Below, piece by piece: positions 48,201-60,028 of a stretch of DNA of 64,000 nucleotides; the stretch's first letter is position 1, and each line of letters starts with the position of its first letter. A program made the translations under genes and the position numbers. The notes below the pieces were generated by a model. That model saw nothing but the letters and a program-made list of their open reading frames with translations. It searched no databases and was not told the origin of the DNA. The stretch is from Macrostomum hystrix. Its lineage: Eukaryota > Animalia > Platyhelminthes. The stretch spans positions 9,362,001 to 9,426,000 of the forward strand of contig CATNEN010000025.1 of NCBI GenBank assembly GCA_950097015.1. The letters run 5' to 3'.

Positions 48201-51200
48201 TTCATCACCACAATGGTCTTCCATACCTTCCATCTCCACAATGGTCGTCCGCCCTTTTGCAATAGTCTTCCGCGCAGCACAGCATTCCACCCCTGCCACA
48301 GCTACAGCAGCACAGCATTCCACCCCTGCCATAGCTACAGCAGCACAGCATTCCACCTCTGCCATAGCTACAGCAGCACAGCATTCCACCCCTGCCATAG
48401 CTACAGCAGCACAGCATTCCACCCCTGCCACAGCTACAGCAGCACAGCATTCCACCCCTGCCATAGCTACAGCAGCACATTCCACCCCTGCCATAGCTAC
48501 AGCAGCACATTCCACCCCTGCCATAGCTACAGCAGCACAGCATTTCACCCCTGCCACAGCTACAGCAGCACAGCATTACACCCCTGCCATAGCTATAGCA
48601 GCACAGCATTCCACCCCTGCCATAGCTACAGCAGCACAGCATTCCACCCCTGCCACAGCTACAGCAGCACAGCATTCCACCCCTGCCATAGCTACAGCAG
48701 CACATTCCACCCCTGCCATAGCTACAGCAGCACAGCATTCCACCCCTGCCATAGCTACAGCAGCACATTCCACCCCTGCCATAGCTACAGCAGCACAGCA
48801 TTCCACCCCTGCCACAGCTACAGCAGCACAGCATTCCACCCCTGCCATAGCTACAGCAGCACATTCCACCCCTGCCATAGCTACAGCAGCACAGCATTCC
48901 ACCCCTGCCATAGCTATAGCAGCACAGCATTCCACCCCTGCCATAGCTACAGCAGCACAGCATTCCACCCCTGCCATAGCTACAGCAGCACAGCATTCCA
49001 CCCCTGCCACAGCTACAGCAGCACAGCATTCCACCCCTGCCATAGCTACAGCAGCACATTCCACCCCTGCCATAGCTACAGCAGCACAGCATTTCACCCC
49101 TGCCACAGCTACAGCAGCACAGCATTCCACCCCTGCCATAGCTACAGCAGCACAGCATTCCACCCCTGCCATAGCTACAGCAGCACATTCCACCCCTGCC
49201 ATAGCTACAGCAGCACAGCATTTCACCCCTGCCATAGCTACAGCAGCACAGCATTACACCCCTGCCACAGCTACAGCAGCACAGCATTACACCCCTGCCA
49301 TAGCTATAGCAGCACAGCATTCCACCCCTGCCACAGCTACAGCAGCACAGCATTACACCCCTGCCACAGCTACAGCAGCACAGCATTCCACCCCTGCCAT
49401 AGCTACAGCAGCACAGCATTCCACCCCTGCCACAGCTACAGCAGCACAGCATTCCACCCCTGCCACAGCTACAGCAGCACAGCATTCCACCTCTGCCATA
49501 GCTACAGCAGCACAGCATTACACCCCTGCCATAGCTACAGCAGCACAGCATTCCACCCCTGCCACAGCTACAGCAGCACAGCATTCCACCCCTGCCACAG
49601 CTACAGCAGCACAGCATTCCACCCCTGCCATAGCTACAGCAGCACAGCATTCCACCCCTGCCATAGCTACAGCAGCACAGCATTCCACCCCTGCCATAGC
49701 TACAGCAGCACAGCATTCCACCCCTGCCATAGCTACAGCAGCACAGCATTCCACCTCTGCCATAGCTACAGCAGCACAGCATTCCACCCCTGCCACAGCT
49801 ACAGCAGCACAGCATTCCACCTCTGCCATAGCTACAGCAGCACAGCATTCCACCCCTGCCATAGCTACAGCAGCACAGCATTCCACCTCTGCCATAGCTA
49901 CAGCAGCACAGCATTCCACCCCTGCCACAGCTACAGCAGCACAGCATTCCACCCCTGCCATAGCTACAGCAGCACAGCATTCCACCCCTGCCATAGCTAC
50001 AGCAGCACAGCATTCCACCCCTGCCATAGCTACAGCAGCACAGCATTCCACCCCTGCCATAGCTACAGCAGCACAGCATTCCACCCCTGCCACAGCTACA
50101 GCAGCACAGCATTACACCCCTGCCATAGCTACAGCAGCACAGCATTCCACCCCTGCCACAGCTACAGCAGCACAGCATTCCACCCCTGCCATAGCTACAG
50201 CAGCACAGCATTCCACCCCTGCCATAGCTACAGCAGCACAGCATTCCACCCCTGCCATAGCTACAGCAGCACAGCATTCCACCCCTGCCATAGCTACAGC
50301 AGCACAGCATTCCACCCCTGCCATAGCTACAGCAGCACAGCATTCCACCCCTGCCATAGCTACAGCAGCACAGCATTCCACCCCTGCCATAGCTACAGCA
50401 GCACATTCCACCCCTGCCATAGCTACAGCAGCACAGCATTTCACCCCTGCCACAGCTACAGCAGCACAGCATTACACCCCTGCCATAGCTATAGCAGCAC
50501 AGCATTCCACCCCTGCCACAGCTACAGCAGCACAGCATTACACCCCTGCCATAGCTACAGCAGCACAGCATTCCACCCCTGCCATAGCTACAGCAGCACA
50601 GCATTCCACCCCTGCCATAGCTACAGCAGCACAGCATTCCACCCCTGCCACAGCTACAGCAGCACATTCCACCCCTGCCATAGCTACAGCAGCACAGCAT
50701 TTCACCCCTGCCACAGCTACAGCAGCACAGCATTCCACCCCTGCCATAGCTACAGCAGCACAGCATTCCACCCCTGCCATAGCTACAGCAGCACAGCATT
50801 ACACCCCTGCCATAGCTACAGCAGCACAGCATTCCACCCCTGCCATAGCTACAGCAGCACTTTTAAATCATCTTGATCTTTAACGGTCGAATTGTTACCA
50901 GGCGATTTTACTAAAGGAGGACAATTTTGACTTTGGCTTAGGAAGGCTAGGATTTTGAGTGGAGCTAGCCGACCGTTGTGCGTGTGTGTGTGTGTGTTTG
51001 TGTGTGTCCTAGCAAGCGTTGAGTGCAGGTAATACACACTAAGAGAGAGAGAGTGTGTGTGTGTTTGAGTGAAAGTGAAAAAGACTGATGGGGAAGTCAG
51101 TGAGTGAGAGAGTTTTTTGAAGTGGAGGCGAGAAGCGTTGAGGTGGCGGGGCAGCTGAAATTTCTAATTAATAGCCCACACTCACGAATGGATTGGGACA

Positions 51201-51475
51201 TTGGGGGTGTGAGAATCGGGTAGTTGGTTTTGGTCGGGTACAAACCCGACGGCCCAATATTACTAGCGACATAAATTTATAAACGAATGCGCAGCTCCAA
51301 TCAGAACTTGGCAGAGATTTTCAGTAAAGAATAATACTAAGAGACTGGGAGTTGCAGTAAGAAGCCACACATGCTATAGCGATTGCCTGATAGATATATA
51401 TATTAGATAGAGATCGGTATATAGGCGCAAAGTTAAACTTGGATAGAAAACGGACCCCTAAGGATTGGAGGTAAA

Positions 51476-51508
<33 letters not shown>

Positions 51509-53852
51509 GGAAGGAGTGGCGAGCAGTTTAATCGACCGCATTTTGGCTCCCTGATTGAAGAAGCCGCATCGCATGCGAAGAACTGGGAGCTGCAGTGGGG
51601 TTGCCTAAAGTATCGACACCCCGCACCCACCATCAGAACCTTTACACACTGACTTTACGCTTGAGTCTGGCAAGATTTGGATCAAAAGAGTCTGTATTGT
51701 CAACTTCTCAGCTGCTCACACCCCGTCGCTGTCCCTCTGTTTCTGCCTTTGACTCTGTCTGTGTCTTTCTCTAAAACACAAATACACACACACACACACA
51801 CACACAAACACACATATCGCTCTGTATCTCTCTCACTCTCTGCCTTCTTTCTATCTCTGTGTGTTTGTGTGTCTTTCTGTCTCTCTGTCTCTCCGTTTCT
51901 CTCTCTCTGTCTCTCTGTCTCTCTCTTTGTTTCTCTGTTTCTCTGTTTCTCTGTTTCTCTCTCTCTGTTTCTCTGTCTCTCTGTCTCTCTCTCTCTGTCT
52001 CTCTCTCTCTGTCTCTCTGTTTCTCTCTCTCTGTCTCTCTGTTTCTCTCTCTCTGTCTCTCTGTTTCTCTCTCTCTTTCTCTCTCTTTGTTTCTCTGTTT
52101 CTCTGTTTCTCTGTTTCTCTCTCTCTGTCTCTCTGTCTCTCTGTATCTCTCTCTCTCTGTCTCTCTATCTCTCTGTCTCTCTGTCTCTCTGTCTCTCTGT
52201 ATCTCTCTCTCTCTGTCTCTCTATCTCTCTGTCTCTCTGTCTCTCTGTTTCTCTGTTTCTCTGTTTCTCTGTTTCTCTCTCTCTGTCTCTCTGTTTCTCT
52301 CTCTCTGTCTCTCTGTTTCTCTCTCTCTTTCTCTCTCTTTGTTTCTCTGTTTCTCTGTTTCTCTGTTTCTCTCTCTCTGTTTCTCTGTCTCTCTGTCTCT
52401 CTCTCTCTGTCTCTCTGTTTCTCTCTCTCTGTCTCTCTGTCTCTCTCTCTCTGTCTCTCTGTTTCTCTCTCTGTGTCTCTCTGTCTCTCTGTCTCTCTGT
52501 TTCTCTCTCTCTGTCTCTCTGTCTCTCTCTTTGTTTCCCTGTTTCTCTGTTTCTCTCTCTCTGTCTCTCTGTCTCTCTGTTTCTCTCTCTCTGTCTCTCT
52601 GTCTCTCTCTTTGTTTCTCTGTCTCTCTGTCTCTCTGTTTCTCTCTCTCTGTCTCTCTGTCTCTCTCTTAGTTTCTCTGCTTCTCTCTCTGTTTCTCTGT
52701 TTCTCTGTCTCTCTGTCTCTCTCTCTTTGTTTCTCTGTCTCTCTTTGTTTCTCTGTCTCTCTCTCTGTCTCTCTGTCTCTCTGTCTCTCTGTCTCTCTGT
52801 CTCTCTATCTCTCTGTCTCTCTGTCTCTCTGTCTCTCTGTATCTCTCTCTCTCTGTCTCTCTATCTCTCTGTCTCTCTGTCTCTCTGTCTCTCTGTATCT
52901 CTCTCTCTCTGTCTCTCTATCTCTCTGTCTCTCTGTCTCTCTGTTTCTCTGTTTCTCTGTTTCTCTGTCTCTCTCTCTCTGTCTCTCTGTTTCTCTCTCT
53001 CTGTCTCTCTGTCTCTCTCTCTCTGTCTCTCTGTTTCTCTCTCTGTGTCTCTCTGTCTCTCTGTCTCTCTGTTTCTCTCTCTCTGTCTCTCTGTCTCTCT
53101 CTTTGTTTCCCTGTTTCTCTGTTTCTCTCTCTCTGTCTCTCTGTCTCTCTGTTTCTCTCTCTCTGTCTCTCTGTCTCTCTCTTTGTTTCTCTGTCTCTCT
53201 GTCTCTCTGTTTCTCTCTCTCTGTCTCTCTGTCTCTCTCTTAGTTTCTCTGTTTCTCTGTTTCTCTGTCTCTCTGTCTCTCTCTCTTTGTTTCTCTGTCT
53301 CTCTTTGTTTCTCTGTCTCTCTCTGTCTCTCTGTTTCTCTCTCTCTGTCTCTCTGTCTCTCTGTCTCTCTGTTTCTCTCTCTCTGTCTCTCTGTCTCTCT
53401 GTATCTCTCTCTCTCTGTCTCTCTATCTCTCTGTCTCTCTGTCTCTCTGTCTCTCTGTATCTCTCTCTCTCTGTCTCTCTATCTCTCTGTCTCTCTGTCT
53501 CTCTGTTTCTCTGTTTCTCTGTTTCTCTTTGTTTCACTCTGCCCCTCTCTGTCTTTGCGTCTGTCTGTCTCTCTGTCCCTGTATCTCTTCCTTTGTCTCT
53601 ATTTGTCTCTCTCCCCCTATCTATCTCTGTCTCTCTGTCTGTTTTTCTGTCCGTCTAATTTTCGAATCACGGTATTTTCAAATAAGTCATTTTAAAAGAC
53701 GTTCGTACAACAATACCCGGCCTTATAAAGTCAGAAAGAAGTATAAAGTAAATCTGATAGTTGTAAGAGACTGGTGTCTAGTATTCTCCTGTTTATATTT
53801 CGATATCTCGTAGGAGATTCTCAGACCAGGTTCTTAGGCCACCCCGCGGGCT

Positions 53853-53899
<47 letters not shown>

Positions 53900-56800
53900 C
53901 AATCTGGCTGAGACCGCTTTGGAATAGACGTTAGAAGATGAAGGTCTGGGGTAGAAATTTCCGACTATTTATAGAGTGTAATCGATGAAATCGAATGCTC
54001 ACGAAATAAGGGAAACCTTACTACAGAAATAAATAAATTGGGAAATATGTATAGACCAACTCGTACAGGTTTCTATACTAGTTGGAGCTAGGGACGTGGC
54101 TGTAGTCAATTTTAACCCAAACATCAGTGCTAAGAGTAGACTATCGATAATACAAAGTACAATAAAAGTACATTATGCTATAAATGTGAGACACACTGAG
54201 CCTATGATGATGAGACAGACTGAGCCGATGATGATGAGACAGACGGAGCCTATGATGATGAGACAGACTGAGCCTATGATGATGAGACAGACTGAGGCTA
54301 TGATGATGAGACACACTGAGGCTATGATGATGAGACAGACTGAGGCTATGATGATGAGACACACTGAGGCTATGATGATGAGACAGACTGAGGCTATGAA
54401 GATGAGACAGACTGAGCATATGATGATGAGACAGACTGAGCCTATGATGATGAGACAGACTGAGGCTATGATGATGAGATAGACTGAGGCTATGATGATG
54501 AGACAGACTGAGGCTATGATGATGAGACAGACTGAGGCTATGAAGATGAGACAGACTGAGCCTATGATGATGAGACAGACTGAGGCTATGATGATGAGAC
54601 AGACTGAGGCTATGATGATGAGACACACTGAGGCTATGATGATGAGACAGACTGAGGCTATGATGATGAGACAGACTGAGGCTATGATGATGAGACAGAC
54701 TGAGGCTATGATGATGAGACAGACTGAGCCTATGATGATGAGACAGACTGAGCCTATGATGATGAGACAGACTGAGGCTATGATGATGAGACACACTGAG
54801 CCTATGATGATGAGACAGACTGAGGCTATGATGATGAGACAGACTGAGGCTATGATGATGAGACACACTGAGGCTATGATGATGAGACAGACTGAGGCTA
54901 TGATGATGAGACAGACGGAGGCTATGAAGATAAGACAGACTGAGGCTATGATGATGAGACAGACTGAGGCTATGATGATGAGACAGACTGAGGCTATGAT
55001 GATGAGACAGACTGAGGCTATGATGATGAGACAGACGGAGGCTATGAAGATAAGACAGACTGAGGCTATGATGATGAGATAGACTGAGGCTATGATGATG
55101 AGACAGACTGAGGCTATGATGATGAGACAGACTGAGGCTATGATGATGAGACAGACTGAGGCTATGATGATGAGACAGACTGAGGCTATGATGATGAGAC
55201 AGACGGAGGCTATGAAGATAAGACAGACTGAGGCTATGATGATGAGACAGACTGAGGCTATGATGATGAGACAGACTGAGGCTATGATGATGAGACAGAC
55301 GGAGGCTATGAAGATAAGACAGACTGAGGCTATGATGATGAGACAGACTGAGGCTATGATGATGAGATAGACTGAGGCTATGATGATGAGACAGACTGAG
55401 GCTATGATGATGAGACAGACTGAGGCTATGATGATGAGACAGACTGAGGCTATGATGATGAGACAGACTGAGGCTATGATGATGAGACAGACTGAGGCTA
55501 TGATGATGAGACAGACTGAGGCTATGATGATGAGACAGACTGAGGCTATGATGATGAGACAGACTGAGGCTATGATGATGAGACAGACGGAGGCTATGAA
55601 GATAAGACAGACTGAGGCTATGATGATGAGATAGACTGAGGCTATGATGATGAGACAGACTGAGGCTATGATGATGAGACACACTGAGCCTATGATGATG
55701 AGACAGACTGAGCCTATGATGATGAGACAGACTGAGGCTATGATGATGAGACACACTGAGGCTATGATGTTGAGACAGACTGAGGCTATGATGATGAGAC
55801 ACACTGAGGCTATGATGATGAGACAGACTGAGGCTATGAAGATGAGACAGACTGAGCCTATGATGATGAGACAGACTGAGGCTATGATGATGAGACAGAC
55901 TGAGGCTATGATGATGAGACAGACGGAGGCTATGATGATGAGACAGACGGAGGCTATGAAGATAAGACAGACTGAGGCTATGATGATGAGACAGACTGAG
56001 GCTATGATGATGAGACAGACTGAGGCTATGATGATGAGACAGACTGAGGCTATGATGATGAGACAGACGGAGGCTATGAAGATAAGACAGACTGAGGCTA
56101 TGATGATGAGATAGACTGAGGCTATGATGATGAGACAGACTGAGGCTATGATGATGAGACAGACTGAGGCTATGATGATGAGACAGACTGAGGCTATGAT
56201 GATGAGACAGACTGAGGCTATGATGATGAGACACACTGAGGCTATGATGATGAGACAGACTGAGGCTATGATGATGAGACACACTGAGGCTATGATGATG
56301 AGACAGACTGAGCCTATGATGATGAGACAGACTGAGGCTATGATGATGAGACAGACTGAGGCTATGAAGATGAGACAGACTGAGCCTATGATGATGAGAC
56401 AGACTGAGGCTATGATGATGAGACAGACTGAGGCTATGATGATGAGACACACTGAGGCTATGATGATGAGACAGACTGAGGCTATGATGATGAGACAGAC
56501 TGAGGCTATGATGATGAGACAGACTGAGGCTATGATGATGAGACAGACTGAGGCTATGATGATGAGACAGACTGAGCCTATGATGATGAGACAGACTGAG
56601 GCTATGATGATGAGACACACTGAGCCTATGATGATGAGACAGACTGAGGCCTATGATGATGAGACAGACTGAGGCTATGATGATGAGACACACTGAGCCT
56701 ATGATGATGAGACAGACTGAGCCTATGATGATGAGACAGACTGAGGCTATGATGATGAGACACACTGAGGCTATGATGATGAGACAGACTGAGGCTATGA

Positions 56801-59800
56801 TGATGAGACACACTGAGGCTATGATGATGAGACAGACTGAGGCTATGAAGATGAGACAGACTGAGCCTATGATGATGAGACAGACTGAGGCTATGATGAT
56901 GAGACAGACTGAGGCTATGATGATGAGACAGACTGAGGCTATGATGATGAGACAGACTGAGGCTATGATGATGAGACAGACTGAGGCTATGATGATGAGA
57001 CAGACTGAGGCTATGAAGATAAGACAGACTGAGGCTATGATGATGAGACAGACTGAGGCTATGATGATGAGACAGACTGAGCCTATGATGATGAGACAGA
57101 CTGAGGCTATGATGATGAGACACACTGAGGCTATGATGATGAGACAGACTGAGGCTATGATGATGAGACACACTGAGGCTATGATGATGAGACAGACTGA
57201 GGCTATGATGATGAGACAGACTGAGCCTATGATGATGAGACAGACTGAGGCTATGATGATGAGACAGACTGAGGCTATGATGATGAGACAGACTGAGGCT
57301 ATGATGATGAGACAGACTGAGGCTATGATGATGAGACAGACTGAGGCTATGATGATGAGACAGACTGAGGCTATGATGATGAGACAGACTGAGGCTATGA
57401 TGATGAGACAGACTGAGGCTATGATGATGAGACAGACTGAGGCTATGATGATGAGACAGACTGAGGCTATGATGATGAGACAGACTGAGGCTATGATGAT
57501 GAGACAGACTGAGGCTATGAAGATAAGACAGACTGAGGCTATGATGATGAGACAGACTGAGGCTATGATGATGAGACAGACTGAGCCTATGATGATGAGA
57601 CAGACTGAGCCTATGATGATGAGACAGACTGAGGCTATGATGATGAGACAGACTGAGCCTATGATGATGAGACAGACTGAGCCTATGATGATGAGACAGA
57701 CTGAGGCTATGATGATGAGACAGACTGAGGCTATGATGATGAGACACACTGAGGCTATGATGATGAGACAGACTGAGGCTATGATGATGAGAAAGACACA
57801 GAAAAACATTAATATTTTCTAGCAGAAAATGTTAAAGTTTAGAACATTAGAATTCAAATGTCTCGGCGCAAGAGCTGAAGAACCGATTGCCCACCAAAAT
57901 GGGGTTAGAATTTTGATAAGAATTAACAAATTTGTTTAAGTCTTCTGGGACGGACCAATGGTGAATATTGCCTTAATCCGGCATCTAAAATGATTCCCAT
58001 GTGGGGGGGTCAGAAATTCAAGACTGAGGCTATGATGATGAGACAGACTGAGGCTATGATGATGAGACAGACTGAGGCTATGATGATGAGACAGACGGAG
58101 GCTATGAAGATAAGACAGACTGAGGCTATGATGATGAGATAGACTGAGGCTATGATGATGAGACAGACTGAGGCTATGATGATGAGACTGACTGAGGCTA
58201 TGATGATGAGACAGACTGAGGCTATGATGATGAGACAGACTGAGGCTATGATGATGAGACAGACGGAGGCTATGAAGATAAGACAGACTGAGGCTATGAT
58301 GATGAGACAGACTGAGGCTATGATGATGAGATAGACTGAGGCTATGATGATGAGACAGACTGAGGCTATGATGATGAGACAGACTGAGGCTATGATGATG
58401 AGACACACTGAGCCTATGATGATGAGACAGACTGAGCCTATGATGATGAGACAGACTGAGGCTATGATGATGAGACACACTGAGGCTATGATGATGAGAC
58501 AGACTGAGGCTATGATGATGAGACAGACTGAGGCTATGATGATGAGACAGACTGAGGCTATGAAGATGAGACAGACTGAGCCTATGATGATAAGACAGAC
58601 TGAGGCTATGATGATGAGACACACTGAGGCTATGATGATGAGACAGACTGAGGCTATGAAGATGAGACACACTGAGCCTATGATGAGACAGACTGAGCCT
58701 ATGATGATGAGACAGACTGAGCCTATGATGATGAGACAGACTGAGGCTATGATGATGAGAAAGACACAGAAAAACATTAATATTTTCTAGCAGAAAATGT
58801 TAAAGTTTAGAACATTAGAATTCAAATGTCTCGGCGCAAGAGCTGAAGAACCGATTGCCCACCAAAATGGGGTTAGAATTTTGATAAGAATTAACAAATT
58901 TGTTTAAGTCTTCTGGGACGGACCAATGGTGAATATTGCCTTAATCCGGCATCTAAAATGATTCCCATGTGGGGGGGTCAGAAATTCAAGACTGTTGCTG
59001 TTGCTCGGCTACAAGAACAGGATATTCTTCTATCAGTTTTCACCCAAGCAAGACCCGACTGGGTCTGTCATTTCCCGCCCACTTGATCTACAAGAGCAGC
59101 TATTAGCATTGTCTTTCTACATGTCGCTTCTCCGTGTCGCTTACTGCTTTCCTAATTGTTATTTTCTTATCACTCCTCTGCTCGAGGAAATTAGCAGAAA
59201 AGGACCAGTTTCAGAATATATATATATATATAGGCAGCAAATCATTTTAGACTGAGAATCGCGTGCTGCAAAGTCTCAAATTAGTGAAGAAAATTGTTCT
59301 CAAAAAGAAACAGGCCGATAAGACCTAAATTGACAATGTTCTCAAGCTTCGATGAGGATTTCATTTCGGGGGTAAAAAATGGTGCTGGATAAGCCTGGAA
59401 AGAGGAGGGTGAGTAGCAGAGCGGTTAACGCGTCTGTCTCTCGCGCCAAGGTCCCTGAGCTCGATTCCGCGGTGAGGCCGCATTCATCTGGCGAGCAGCC
59501 GCGGAGAGAAGGATTGGTGGCTTGTCGTGAAATTTACGCCCTTTGAGGGCCAACCTCCAAGGCACAGTGAGAGTGTACACTGACTGACGATGAGAAAGTC
59601 AGGGCAGATGTACACACCTGTGTGAGTGTGTGCCTGCGTACAGTATCTGTGTGTGTGTTCAGGAGTCAGCGAAATTGGCAGAATTGCCTCCTCGCTGGCT
59701 GCAGGTCAAGTGTCACCAAATGATGTGCCAATGCCCGCAGCCCTCCTGATTATTGTTACTATCATTATTAGTAGACCCAGTAAAATTTAGTATTATTATT

Positions 59801-59909
59801 ACTATTCTATTACGAGTACTATTTATTATCTAATTACTGTTAGCAACTGAATACTATAAGCTGTGACAGATACTGAATACTTACATCATACACGAATGGC
59901 TGCCAATAA

Positions 59910-59956
<47 letters not shown>

Positions 59957-59987
59957 TTGCTGCTGTTGCTGTTGCTGCTGCTGCTGC

Positions 59988-60028
<41 letters not shown>

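Larger units (their letters stand above)
35347..51147. repeat. Head-to-tail segmental duplication: 35347-43483 and 43484-51147
   Basis: Unique spacers and ORF translations recur at offset 7790 (38018/45808, 39272/47062, 40307/48097). The junction GAGGTG-GC-AAGGAG has a 2-bp GC microhomology. Confidence 0.93.

Noticed and set aside
40307-50883. 970/930-aa AQHSTPAIATA mucin- or antifreeze-like ORFs and Cys-rich antisense ORFs
   Set aside because: A 33-bp repeat open in several frames, inside a par-3 intron, with no signal peptide or splice context.
51430-51650. GC-rich CAG-repeat patch resembling an exon
   Set aside because: No convincing splice pair, start codon or recognisable peptide on either strand.
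26750-57792. CRISPR-like regular arrays
   Set aside because: Units are contiguous with no unique spacers, there are no cas genes, and the context is eukaryotic.
51677-58790. LSLSV, MMMRQTEA, SHHHSL and IIIASVCL ORFs
   Set aside because: Micro- and minisatellite translations.
59405-59480. tRNA gene-like A/B boxes (also at 5500-5570, 20200, 33500, 60920)
   Set aside because: No complete cloverleaf; each continues into a shared SINE body.
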